The notes under the pieces: model-generated | Seen by the model: the letters and a program-made list of their open reading frames with translations, nothing else | The model's database searches: none | Told to the model about the DNA's origin: nothing | Assembly: GCA_030625965.1 (NCBI GenBank) | Contig: DAOUPV010000004.1 | Location: 18,948 to 82,947 of the forward strand | Origin: Clostridia bacterium | Lineage (GTDB): Bacteria; Bacillota; TC1; UBA5767 | DNA length: 64,000 nucleotides | Reading direction: 5' to 3' | In this document: positions 27,428 to 36,266 of the stretch, piece after piece | How the letters are laid out: the number at the start of each line of letters is the position of its first letter | How positions within the stretch are numbered: position 1 is the first letter of the stretch | Made by a program: the position numbers and the translations under genes

Positions 27428-28268
27428 ACTGTTGGTGTTCCAAAGTGATTTTGGACTCGTTGACGGCGCTGTAGCCGCCATGTATGGCGTAGCCCATGAA
27501 GTAGATAGGGATCTTAGGACTTATGACCTCACGCATGACATCAAGCCTTTTAATATCTGGGAAGCCAGCTACCGACTGTTCCAGGCTTTAGAATATTGGC
27601 CTACGGACACAGTGTTCGTATCAGTCGTGGATCCGGGTGTGGGTTCTAAAAGAAAAAGCGTAGTTGCCAAAACGGCTAAGGGGCAGCTTATTGTGACGCC
27701 AGACAATGGGACGCTGACTCATTTGAAGAAATTTATTGGGATTACGGAAGTTAGGGAAATCGAAGAATCGAAACACAGGCGCAAGGATTCAGAGCATTCT
27801 CATACCTTCCATGGGCGAGATGTATATGCCTTTACAGGTGCCAAATTGGCTTCTCAGACCATTAGTTTTGAGGAAGTCGGACCAGAATTGACGGTGGAAG
27901 GAATCGTTGAGGTTGTGCTGGGTGAGGTGTTCAAGACGGAAGATAGCATCCGTGGTAGCATCGATATATTGGATGTGCGATTCGGATCCTTGTGGACCAA
28001 TATCACAAGAGAAGATTTCAATGAGATGGGCTTTGATTATGGGGAGAGGATTGAGGTCATCATCAAGAATGGTCCAACCATGGTCTACAACAACCGCATC
28101 ACTTTCGGGAAATCTTTTGCCGATGTGTATGCCAGCGAACCGATCATCTATATCAATTCGCTCTACCGGGTGGCTGTAGCCATCAACCAAGGGAATTTCG
28201 CCCGTGCCTACAATATCGGAACGGGAATCCATTGGGCCATTGAATTTCGCAGGTTAGAAGAAAAATAA
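27414..28268 (+). CDS. SAM hydroxide adenosyltransferase family protein (DUF62), copy 2
   Basis: FQSDFGLVDGA, VSVVDPGVGSKRK, VTPDNGTLT and TFHGRDVY are present. It overlaps the end of the GNAT gene. Confidence 0.85.
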   Translation: MKMNKLLVFQSDFGLVDGAVAAMYGVAHEVDRDLRTYDLTHDIKPFNIWEASYRLFQALEYWPTDTVFVSVVDPGVGSKRKSVVAKTAKGQLIVTPDNGTLTHLKKFIGITEVREIEESKHRRKDSEHSHTFHGRDVYAFTGAKLASQTISFEEVGPELTVEGIVEVVLGEVFKTEDSIRGSIDILDVRFGSLWTNITREDFNEMGFDYGERIEVIIKNGPTMVYNNRITFGKSFADVYASEPIIYINSLYRVAVAINQGNFARAYNIGTGIHWAIEFRRLEEK

Positions 28269-28269
28269 A

Positions 28270-28289
28270 GCCCGCAGATCACTGCGGGC
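28270..28289. terminator. hairpin shared by convergent DUF62 and ferredoxin genes
   Basis: gcccgcag-atca-ctgcgggc. It overlaps the last codons of the minus-strand gene. Confidence 0.6.
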
Positions 28290-28632
28290 GGGTAATGGCT
28301 GTGAATGAGCAGACAGGTACACATCGTCCACAACCTACACAGCGGTCTTCGACGATAAATGCCTTCTGGTTATCCATTTCTATGGCGCCCATGGGGCAGA
28401 CGTGCATACACTTGCTGCAACCTGTGCAGGTTTGAGGATCGATTTTTGGTATGGGTCCTCTGTTGACCTTTGGAACGGCGATCGGTTCCATGGCAGTCTT
28501 GCAATTAGGGCAGGATTTCTGGGGAGCTTCCCCATACGATACGGTACTGGTGCCGTATCCGCAGCTAGGACATTTGATGAACTGGATTATGGGGCGCTTG
28601 CGTTTTGCTTTATCGTTCTTATTGTCTGTCAT
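28279..28632 (-). CDS. 2x[4Fe-4S] ferredoxin domain protein with N-terminal zinc-ribbon
   Basis: CPSCG...CPNC forms the zinc ribbon. CTGCSKCMHVCP and CVGCGRCVPVCS are two CxxCxxCxxxC(P/S) cluster motifs. Confidence 0.8.
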   Translation of the reverse strand: MTDNKNDKAKRKRPIIQFIKCPSCGYGTSTVSYGEAPQKSCPNCKTAMEPIAVPKVNRGPIPKIDPQTCTGCSKCMHVCPMGAIEMDNQKAFIVEDRCVGCGRCVPVCSFTAITRPQ

Positions 28633-28884
28633 TTTTCGAACCTCACTTGTTTTTGTATTTACTAATAATACACCCGGGGGGTATTGGTGTCAAATGTAAG
28701 TAATATATGTATATATCTTGATTGTCAAAGCAATGTTCATAGACAAACCATTTATTATGATGTACTATTAATATGGTATGACGGATATATATTTGGTATA
28801 GCATAAGTAAAGGACTTATGCGGAAAAGGCGTTAATTGGCGCTTCCGCATGATTGAGCAAGGGAAGAGACAGTGTGAGGTATCT

Positions 28885-29265
28885 ATGAGAGTAACCATGA
28901 TATGGCCGCGTTGTGACGAGTTTAGAGATTCAACGATCTGTGAGTACAAGGACTTGTACTGGGTGGAATGCCCAGCCGATGACGCTGAAAAAAAGATATT
29001 CCCGTATATGAAACAAAGCAAGGTACTTGAGGCCATAAGGACGATACGGGAAGAGACCAATGATATGACAGTTATGGACAAGTATGGCAATCGGACCAAC
29101 TGTCTATATTTCCTGATTTCCAAGGATCTAAGCATCATCAAGCCGATGCTGTGGTTTTATCCATGTAGCCATGATGTAAGCGGAAACCGTCCACTAAGAG
29201 AAATCGAAGAGGTTAGAATGAAAGAACTGACAGAGTTAGCACATGTACAACCTAAATTAATATGA
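28885..29265 (+). CDS. hypothetical Cys-containing protein
   Basis: An ORF with GAGG 6 nt upstream of ATG 28885 and a strong terminator 8 nt after its stop. I recognise no family. Confidence 0.45.
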   Translation: MRVTMIWPRCDEFRDSTICEYKDLYWVECPADDAEKKIFPYMKQSKVLEAIRTIREETNDMTVMDKYGNRTNCLYFLISKDLSIIKPMLWFYPCSHDVSGNRPLREIEEVRMKELTELAHVQPKLI

Positions 29266-29272
29266 AAAACGT

Positions 29273-29309
29273 TGACGCATTCCATATACAAGGAATGCGT
29301 CATTTTTTT
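29273..29309 (+). terminator. Rho-independent terminator
   Basis: tgacgcattcc-(8 nt)-ggaatgcgtca followed by T7. Confidence 0.85.
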
Positions 29310-29418
29310 GCAAATATTTTTTTAGCGCGATTCTGCGAAGGATAAATTACAGTTTAGGCTAAAGGAGTGATATTATTTAGGTAGAAGGGAAGTCTAGGTG
29401 CCATTCCAGGAGGAATAG

Positions 29419-30504
29419 ATGAATAAAATATTGGTAATAAACCCTGGCTCCACATCAACCAAGGTTGCGCTCTATCTGGACCAGAACATGCAGTTTGAGC
29501 ATGTAATCCGACATGATGCCAGAGAGCTGGCAAAATTCGACTGTATCTATGACCAGTACAGATGGCGCAAGACGATGATCTTAGAAGAGCTGAAAGCTGA
29601 GAAACTGGATATGAAGACCTTGTCTGCGGTGGTGGCCAGAGGTGGCGCGGTGCGTCCCATGAAGAGTGGAACCTATCGAATCAACAATCAGTTCAAGGAA
29701 GATTGCCGAAGTGGCTATTCCGGGCAGCATGCCTCCAATTTGGGAGCGATCCTAGCGGATGAGATTGCTGTAGAACTTGGTATAGATGCTTTCGTGGTCG
29801 ACCCGCCTACGGTCGACGAGATGCAGGAGGTGGCCAGAATAACCGGTTTACCAAACATGCACAGGAAGAGTCGTTTTCATGCTCTGAACCAGAAGGCCTC
29901 GGCTAGAAAAGCGGCCAATACTTTAGGGATGGAATACGAGGAAACAAGATTGATCGTAGCCCATTTGGGTGGCGGGATTTCTGTGGGAGTCCACTTGGGT
30001 GGGCGGGTGGTCGACGTGAACGATTGCTACGACTCTGAAGGTCCCATAATGCCGGAAAGGGCCGGTACACTACCGGTTGGTCAGGTTGTGGAAATGTGTT
30101 TCTCAGGGCAATATGACCGGAAGCAGATTGAACGTAAACTGGTTGGACAAGGTGGGTTGGTGGCTCATCTTGGAACCAACAGTCTAGAAGAAGTGATGCG
30201 ACGCATAGAGGCAGGTGACAGAAAGGCAGAACTGGTCTATGAGGCCATGGCCTACCAGTGTGCAAAACATATCGCAGCCAGTGCGGCGGTCCTGAAGGGA
30301 CGGACAGATGTCATAGTGATCACAGGCGGAATGGCCTACGACAACCGCTTGATATCCCTGATCCGTGAGCGGGTGGAGTGGATAGCGCCCTTGCTGATAT
30401 TCCCAGGTGACAACGAAATGGAAGCAATGGCGTATGGTGCTTATCGTGTGCTTATTGGTGAGGAAGAGGCAAAGAATTATGACGAGCATAACTACTTCGA
30501 TTGA
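29419..30504 (+). CDS. buk: butyrate kinase
   Basis: MNKILVINPGSTSTKVALY is the ASKHA acetate/butyrate kinase N-terminus. The 361-aa length and AHLGGGISVG are typical of Buk. Confidence 0.9.
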   Translation: MNKILVINPGSTSTKVALYLDQNMQFEHVIRHDARELAKFDCIYDQYRWRKTMILEELKAEKLDMKTLSAVVARGGAVRPMKSGTYRINNQFKEDCRSGYSGQHASNLGAILADEIAVELGIDAFVVDPPTVDEMQEVARITGLPNMHRKSRFHALNQKASARKAANTLGMEYEETRLIVAHLGGGISVGVHLGGRVVDVNDCYDSEGPIMPERAGTLPVGQVVEMCFSGQYDRKQIERKLVGQGGLVAHLGTNSLEEVMRRIEAGDRKAELVYEAMAYQCAKHIAASAAVLKGRTDVIVITGGMAYDNRLISLIRERVEWIAPLLIFPGDNEMEAMAYGAYRVLIGEEEAKNYDEHNYFD

Positions 30505-30531
30505 TTTCGTGAGTTGAGAGGAGGGGCGAAG

Positions 30532-30771
30532 TTGTCAGATATTAAGTTTCTGGTGGCCTTTGACCGTGAAACGTGCAAAGGATGCGGCCTCTGCCAGTCT
30601 GTCTGTCCGGAAAATATCATCCTGATGGACCAAGAACATGTCAATGGACGGGGTTACCATCCTGCCTATATTCAGGATATGGAGCAGTGCATCGGGTGCC
30701 AGCGCTGTGCCCTGATCTGCCCCGACGTCGTTATACGTATAGAGAAGATCGATGCGAAGGAGGAATCCTAG
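30532..30771 (+). CDS. 2-oxoacid:ferredoxin oxidoreductase delta (ferredoxin) subunit
   Basis: [12 protein letters not shown] and [12 protein letters not shown] are two [4Fe-4S] motifs. The probable start is TTG 30532, downstream of GGAGGGG. The ORF-track start is 30514. Confidence 0.8.
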   Translation: MSDIKFLVAFDRETCKGCGLCQSVCPENIILMDQEHVNGRGYHPAYIQDMEQCIGCQRCALICPDVVIRIEKIDAKEES

Positions 30772-31836
30772 ATGGCAAAAGTATTGATGAAAGGCAATGA
30801 GGCCATCGCCTTGGCGGCCATTAAAGCGGGATGCCGCTATTATTTCGGATACCCTATCACGCCACAGACGGAACTGTTGGAGTATATGGCCAGTGAATTG
30901 CCTAAAGTCGGGGGTGTCTTCGTACAAGCCGAGAGCGAAGTAGCCGCCATCAATATGGTGTACGGGGCTGCTGCGGCAGGAGGTCGTGTGATGACCACTA
31001 CGTCCTCACCGGGTTATGCCTTGATGCAGGAAGGAATCAGCTATATTGCAGCAGCTGAAACACCCTGCGTTATTGTCAATATTTCCCGGGGTGGACCGGG
31101 TCTAGGCAACATCCAACCGGCCCAGTCGGATTACTTTCAAAACACCCGAGGTGGCGGGAGTGGAGATTATCGTCTGCTCATATTTGCGCCTGCTAGCTTA
31201 CAGGAAACCGTGGATTTGGTTCAGGAGTCCTTCACATTGGCCCAGAAATATCGCATGGTCGTATTGATTTCGGCGGATGGCATGTTGGGCCAGATGATGG
31301 AGCCGGTCGATATCAAAGAAGTGGATTCCCCTGAAGATGAAGAGAAGCAGTGGGCATTGACAGCGACGGAGGGAAAGCGGCCGCCAAGAGCCATCTATTC
31401 TCTGTATCTTGACCCTGTAGAGCTGGAAAAAGCGAATGAACGCCTTCAAGCCAATTATGAAAAAGTCAGCAAGCTGGAGGAGCGATACGAGCTACTGCAG
31501 ATGGACGATGCCCAATTGGTGATTGTCACCTATGGCAGCGTTTCCAGGATTGTGAAGAGTGCCATATCACTACTTGCTGGCGAAGGAATCAAGGTGGGGT
31601 TGATACGACCAATCAGCCTATGGCCGTTTCCTAAGAAGGCCTTTGAGCAGATACCAGATAGCGCAAAAGGTCTGCTTACCGTGGAACTCAGCCGGGGACA
31701 GATGGTCGATGATGTTAGAATTGCTGCCAAGGGAGCTTTACCGGTACATTTCTACGGCAGATGCGGGGGCATGATCCCTTCACCGCGAGAAATTGCCGAT
31801 GAGGTGAAACGGATACTCAGGGGTGATAAGTCATGA
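30772..31836 (+). CDS. 2-oxoacid:ferredoxin oxidoreductase alpha subunit
   Basis: MAKVLMKGNEAIALAAIKAGCRYYFGYPITPQTE is the typical Kor/Vor/Por alpha N-terminus. Confidence 0.9.
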   Translation: MAKVLMKGNEAIALAAIKAGCRYYFGYPITPQTELLEYMASELPKVGGVFVQAESEVAAINMVYGAAAAGGRVMTTTSSPGYALMQEGISYIAAAETPCVIVNISRGGPGLGNIQPAQSDYFQNTRGGGSGDYRLLIFAPASLQETVDLVQESFTLAQKYRMVVLISADGMLGQMMEPVDIKEVDSPEDEEKQWALTATEGKRPPRAIYSLYLDPVELEKANERLQANYEKVSKLEERYELLQMDDAQLVIVTYGSVSRIVKSAISLLAGEGIKVGLIRPISLWPFPKKAFEQIPDSAKGLLTVELSRGQMVDDVRIAAKGALPVHFYGRCGGMIPSPREIADEVKRILRGDKS

Positions 31837-32579
31837 CCGTATTGTTCGAGAAAACCAGTGGACTAACGGACGAACCGACCATTTATTGTCCAGGTTGCAG
31901 CCATGGCATAATTCAAAGACTTGTAGCCGAGGTATTGGATGAGCTGGGTCTGATGGATTCAACAATAGGAGTTGCTGCTGTCGGTTGTTCAGTTCTTTCT
32001 TACAATTATTTCAACTGTGACATGCTGGGTGCGGCACATGGCAGGGCACCTGCGTCAGCCACCGGAATCAAGAGGGTGCATCCAGGAAAGATGGTATTCA
32101 CTTATCAGGGTGACGGTGACCTGGCTTCAATCGGCACGGCGGAAATCATCCATGCGGCCGTACGGGGAGAGAAGATTACTGCTATTTTCGTAAATAATGC
32201 CATTTATGGCATGACAGGAGGGCAGATGGCTCCGACTACCCTGCTAGGACAGAAGACCAGTACCTCGCCAGATGGGCGGAAAGCGGAAAGTGCTGGAATG
32301 CCCATCAGGATGTGCGAGATGCTCGCCACCCTTGAAGGAGCTGCTTTCGTAGAGCGGGTGGCGGTGAATACACCGGCACATATACGTTCGGCCAAGCAGG
32401 CGATACGACAGGCTTTTAAAACCCAGCAAGCAGGACAGGGATTTTCCATTGTGGAAGTATTGTCTTCCTGTCCTACCAATTGGAAACTTACACCTGTTGC
32501 TGCGATGCAATGGGTGGAGGATCAGATGATACCATACTATCCACTAAAGAATTTCCGCACACCTGGGGAGGCGAGATAG
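31833..32579 (+). CDS. 2-oxoacid:ferredoxin oxidoreductase beta (ThDP-binding) subunit
   Basis: CPGCSHG and YQGDGDLASIG are ThDP/Fe-S subunit motifs. ATGA overlap with the alpha subunit gene. Confidence 0.9.
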   Translation: MTVLFEKTSGLTDEPTIYCPGCSHGIIQRLVAEVLDELGLMDSTIGVAAVGCSVLSYNYFNCDMLGAAHGRAPASATGIKRVHPGKMVFTYQGDGDLASIGTAEIIHAAVRGEKITAIFVNNAIYGMTGGQMAPTTLLGQKTSTSPDGRKAESAGMPIRMCEMLATLEGAAFVERVAVNTPAHIRSAKQAIRQAFKTQQAGQGFSIVEVLSSCPTNWKLTPVAAMQWVEDQMIPYYPLKNFRTPGEAR

Positions 32580-32580
32580 T

Positions 32581-33120
32581 ATGAAAACAGAAAAGATTAT
32601 CTGCGCCGGATTCGGCGGTCAAGGGATCCTCTCCATGGGCCAACTTCTGGCTTATGCTGGGATGGATGAAGGAAAACATGTAACCTGGCTTCCGTCCTAC
32701 GGACCGGAAATGAGAGGTGGCACGGCCAATTGCCATGTCATCTTGTCTCAAGAACCCATAGATTCACCAATCATCAGTCAGGCGACGACTGTAGTGGTTA
32801 TGAATCTGCCATCGCTCAGGAAATTTGAACCGTACCTTGAATCTGGTGGGTTGCTATTGATTAACAGCACGTTGGTCAAGGAAGAATCTGGGAGAGTGGA
32901 TGTAAGGACGCTCAGAGTGCCAGCCACCCAGTGTGCCATTGATCTCGGCAGGGATGAAGTGGCCAATATGGTGATGTTGGGAGCATTACTGGCTCTGACC
33001 GATGTCGTAGAACCGGATTCTGTAATAAGGTCTTTTGACAAGGCCTTCGAGCATACTACACCTGAGCTGAGTGAGCTGGATGTGCAAGCCATGAAGCTGG
33101 GTGAATCACTGATAAAGTAA
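32581..33120 (+). CDS. 2-oxoacid:ferredoxin oxidoreductase gamma subunit
   Basis: IICAGFGGQGILSMGQLLA is the gamma-subunit signature. Confidence 0.9.
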   Translation: MKTEKIICAGFGGQGILSMGQLLAYAGMDEGKHVTWLPSYGPEMRGGTANCHVILSQEPIDSPIISQATTVVVMNLPSLRKFEPYLESGGLLLINSTLVKEESGRVDVRTLRVPATQCAIDLGRDEVANMVMLGALLALTDVVEPDSVIRSFDKAFEHTTPELSELDVQAMKLGESLIK

Positions 33121-33171
33121 AACAGCGGGTCTTACAAAGGATTAGATATATATCCAAGGAGGATAAAGAAT

Positions 33172-33660
33172 ATGTTCAAATTTGACGATGGTACTAAGGT
33201 GCATGTATTCTACGAGACCAGATACGGGCTTGAATGCTGTACGCAAAACGATGCAGCGCTGGGTGGGGAATGCAGGGTATCCGTAGAAGCTGAATTTCCA
33301 GATAATGATGAAGAAGCGAAGATAGCATTGAGCGACTACGAATGGTTCCCTGCAGAGGAACTGCTGACCAGAAAGTTGTTCGTCGGAGGCCTGTGCCGTT
33401 TAGAACCCAAAGAAGGGGATACGGTACGGGTATATAGCGAAGAGCAGTTCGGCAATTACAGTTACAATGAACTAATAGAGCTCGGTTTCATGTCGGATCT
33501 GGATACAGAACCATTGAAGGATATGCGGGTTACTGAGAAGATGGATGCTGTAGCTGATTTCTGTGGTAAAAATGATATTTCTTATGTGAAACTATTCAAT
33601 GAAGAAACAGATGCCAATGAATTTGCTGAGTTTCTGCACGATGAGGGATTTGTGGAATAG
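33172..33660 (+). CDS. hypothetical acidic protein
   Basis: 162-aa ORF with RBS AAGGAGG upstream and a terminator downstream. I recognise no family. Confidence 0.5.
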   Translation: MFKFDDGTKVHVFYETRYGLECCTQNDAALGGECRVSVEAEFPDNDEEAKIALSDYEWFPAEELLTRKLFVGGLCRLEPKEGDTVRVYSEEQFGNYSYNELIELGFMSDLDTEPLKDMRVTEKMDAVADFCGKNDISYVKLFNEETDANEFAEFLHDEGFVE

Positions 33661-33674
33661 AGAATATTCTTTGT

Positions 33675-33707
33675 GAGAGAGCCTTAACAGGGCTCTCTAT
33701 TTTTTTA
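33675..33707 (+). terminator. Rho-independent terminator
   Basis: gagagcc-ttaacag-ggctctc followed by tattttttt. Confidence 0.8.
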
Positions 33708-33728
33708 GTATCTTCATTCTGTTGACAG

Positions 33729-33742
33729 TAGACAGGTGTCTA
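33729..33742. promoter_or_regulatory. operator-like palindrome TAGACA-GG-TGTCTA
   Basis: Perfect 6-bp inverted arms with a 2-nt spacer, immediately after a TTGACA hexamer and about 25 nt upstream of the extended -10. Confidence 0.3.
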
Positions 33743-33763
33743 AATAGGATTATTCTTCAAAAA

Positions 33764-33772
33764 TGCTATAAT
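33764..33772 (+). promoter_or_regulatory. extended -10 promoter element (TGcTATAAT) for the Rieske/GGDEF operon
   Basis: tgctataat lies about 50 nt upstream of ATG 33822. Confidence 0.45.
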
Positions 33773-33821
33773 TGTAATATGTATCATAAATTCCAACTCA
33801 AAGAAGACGGAAAGGACGAGT

Positions 33822-34829
33822 ATGATTCCCAATCGATGGTATGCAGCACTTTCGGAAAAAGAACTGAGGGGAAGGAATCTCTTGGGCTTCAAGCGTTTCG
33901 GCTTGGATCTGGCTTTGTGGCGCAGAAAAGACGGGACATACGTTTGTCTGAGTGACAGGTGCTGTCACCGCGGAGCCAGCTTGTCTCATGGCAGCGTGGT
34001 TGATGATCAACTGTATTGTCCTTTTCATGGGATGTCCTATGACGAGACTGGTCATGTAAGACAGATTCCCGCCAATGGAAAGAACATGCAAGTACAGGAG
34101 CGGTTCCATGTCAGGAGGTTTCCTACTCAGGTCAAATACGGATTCTTGTGGATCTACTATGGTGACGAGAATCAAATGCTACCGGATGTTCCCTTTGTCG
34201 ATGAACTTAAATCGGGATACATATATAGTGAATTTTCTGAAGTCTGGCCAGTACACTATACCAGAGCTGTGGAAAATCAGCTGGATGTGGCCCATCTTCC
34301 GTTCGTTCATAACACAACCATCGGAAGAGGGCAGAAGACACTGGTTCATGGTCCAGTGGTCATATGGGAAGAAGAGAAGATGACGTTCTATGTCAAGAAT
34401 GCGAATGATGAGGGGACAAAAACACCGCAGAAACCGGATGAAATCAGACCGTATGAACAGCTTTTCTCGTTACAGTATCAAGCACCTAATATCTGGCAGA
34501 ATCGAATATCTGACAAGCTGCGGATCGTGGCCGCGTTTGCTCCGATTGATGATGATCATACCAGAATCTACCTTAGAACCTACCAGAGCATGGTGAAAGT
34601 ACCTTTGGTAGGAAACTTATTGGCCAATGTGTTGCAACTGAGCAACAAGGTTATTCTGCATCAGGACCGAAGAGTGGTAATTGGACAAAAGCCGGTAAAG
34701 AGTGCATTAAGAATGGATGAGAACCTGATTCAGGCTGATTTGCCAATCATTGAATTTAGGAGAAAACGCGAAGAATTGCAACGGACAGAAATTAGCCAAC
34801 AGGAGGGAGAATCAGATGGCACTAGATGA
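33822..34829 (+). CDS. Rieske [2Fe-2S] non-haem-iron oxygenase alpha-type protein
   Basis: CCHRGASL...CPFHG matches the CxH-x(n)-CxxH Rieske motif. DVAHLPFVH matches the DxxHxxxxH mononuclear-iron motif. Confidence 0.85.
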   Translation: MIPNRWYAALSEKELRGRNLLGFKRFGLDLALWRRKDGTYVCLSDRCCHRGASLSHGSVVDDQLYCPFHGMSYDETGHVRQIPANGKNMQVQERFHVRRFPTQVKYGFLWIYYGDENQMLPDVPFVDELKSGYIYSEFSEVWPVHYTRAVENQLDVAHLPFVHNTTIGRGQKTLVHGPVVIWEEEKMTFYVKNANDEGTKTPQKPDEIRPYEQLFSLQYQAPNIWQNRISDKLRIVAAFAPIDDDHTRIYLRTYQSMVKVPLVGNLLANVLQLSNKVILHQDRRVVIGQKPVKSALRMDENLIQADLPIIEFRRKREELQRTEISQQEGESDGTR

Positions 34830-35721
34830 ACGGGAACTATACCGAAAATTATTGAACCAGATCGATGATGGAATATATTTTGTGGATCGTGAGCGTACCA
34901 TCAGCTACTGGAACCTGGCGGCAGAACGCATCACAGGATATACAGCCGAGGAAGTGGTGGGGAGTAAATGCTATGATAATATCCTTAACCATATCGATAA
35001 GAAGGGTGTTCATCTCTGTCATGTAGGTTGTCCGCTACTGAAGACCATGCAGGATGGATTGGACAGACAGGCTCCAGTCTATCTCAGTCACAAACTTGGT
35101 CACCGGGTCCCGGTCAGCATCAAGAGCATGCCCATATATGATAAGGGTTTGATCGTAGGTGCCATTGAGATATTTACGGATAGAGATCAGCCATACAATC
35201 TTCTGGAAAGCATTGAGGAACTGAAGGTTCTCGCTCATTTCGATCCTCTGACTGGGCTGGCTAACAGACGGAAGGTGAATGATTTTCTGGCACAGCACCA
35301 GAATAACCAAAATGAACTGGACATTCCCTTTGGGGTGGTGATGGCGGATATCGACTTTTTTAAAAAGGTCAACGATACCTACGGGCATGATGCCGGTGAT
35401 GAAGTGCTGAAGATGACAGCGAAGGTACTCGCGAGCGTCGGCCGCAAGAGTGACCTGGTAGGACGATGGGGCGGTGAGGAATTCACAGGTATTTTCCCAG
35501 GTATTTCAATGGGATTTCTAGCGTCATCTGCCGAAAAAATGCGTGTGTTAATTGAGGAATCTGCCATTTACTATAAAGAGGAGACGATTAAAATAAGTAT
35601 ATCGATCGGTGCCACCATGTCCCGGAAGGGAGAAACACTGGCTGACTTATTGTGTCGGGCAGATGAGTTGCTTTATTGCAGTAAATCAAGTGGTAGAAAT
35701 CGTGTTAGCATGGATAAATGA
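34816..35721 (+). CDS. PAS-domain diguanylate cyclase (GGDEF)
   Basis: The PAS S-box reads RTISYWNLAAERITGY. RWGGEEFTGIF is the GGEEF active site. ATG 34816 sits behind GGAGGGAG and overlaps the last 14 nt of the Rieske gene. Confidence 0.85.
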   Translation: MALDERELYRKLLNQIDDGIYFVDRERTISYWNLAAERITGYTAEEVVGSKCYDNILNHIDKKGVHLCHVGCPLLKTMQDGLDRQAPVYLSHKLGHRVPVSIKSMPIYDKGLIVGAIEIFTDRDQPYNLLESIEELKVLAHFDPLTGLANRRKVNDFLAQHQNNQNELDIPFGVVMADIDFFKKVNDTYGHDAGDEVLKMTAKVLASVGRKSDLVGRWGGEEFTGIFPGISMGFLASSAEKMRVLIEESAIYYKEETIKISISIGATMSRKGETLADLLCRADELLYCSKSSGRNRVSMDK

Positions 35722-35732
35722 TTGCAGAAAAA

Positions 35733-35755
35733 ATGGCGGGCTTTTAGCCCGCCAT
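35733..35755. terminator. bidirectional terminator
   Basis: atggcgggc-tttta-gcccgccat flanked by an A-run and a T/A-run between convergent genes. Confidence 0.8.
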
Positions 35756-35765
35756 AAATAATTCC

Positions 35766-36266
35766 TTATAAAAGCAATAATTTTTCTTGAAGTGTTGCCG
35801 CCCAGGATTCAACTTTAGACCAGTCGCGGGCATCCATCGGTGCATGTTTGTAAACTCCGAAAAGAAGGCGTGCGAAGGTTGGGAATTCATCAGTAATCCG
35901 TCCGCCGAATTTTCCTTTGGTCAAAACGTGGAACTCATCATCATAGTAATCTAGGCTTTTGGCGATTTGTCTGCGCCAAAAAGGCCGGGCAAGATGATAC
36001 AAATAACTGGAATAGAACAGGGCAAGTGGTTTGCGTTTGAGCGTGTCCTGGTGTGCATGCAAATAGGTAGATGCTTCCTTGGCCCAATGCATACCGTGAA
36101 TGGGTGCTCCGATGACGATGATGTCGTATATGGACAGGTCCACATGTTGGGAGAATGGTAGTGCTTCAACTCGCAGATTGTCATGACGAAGGAGTGATGC
36201 GAGTCGTTCTGCTATTTCCCGTGTACTGTCAGTGCGGGTGTAATAGGCGATTAATACCGATTTCAT
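35766..36266 (-). CDS. flavodoxin-domain protein (HemG-like flavodoxin_5 type)
   Basis: MKSVLIAYYTRTDSTREIAERL is a flavodoxin N-terminus. The start at 36266 sits behind GGAGGTG. The ORF-track start 36344 has no RBS. Confidence 0.75.
   Translation of the reverse strand: MKSVLIAYYTRTDSTREIAERLASLLRHDNLRVEALPFSQHVDLSIYDIIVIGAPIHGMHWAKEASTYLHAHQDTLKRKPLALFYSSYLYHLARPFWRRQIAKSLDYYDDEFHVLTKGKFGGRITDEFPTFARLLFGVYKHAPMDARDWSKVESWAATLQEKLLLL

Noticed and set aside
28755-29141. 128-aa minus-strand ORF overlapping the 28885-29265 hypothetical gene
   Set aside because: The plus-strand frame has an RBS and is followed directly by a strong + strand terminator. The minus-strand frame has neither.
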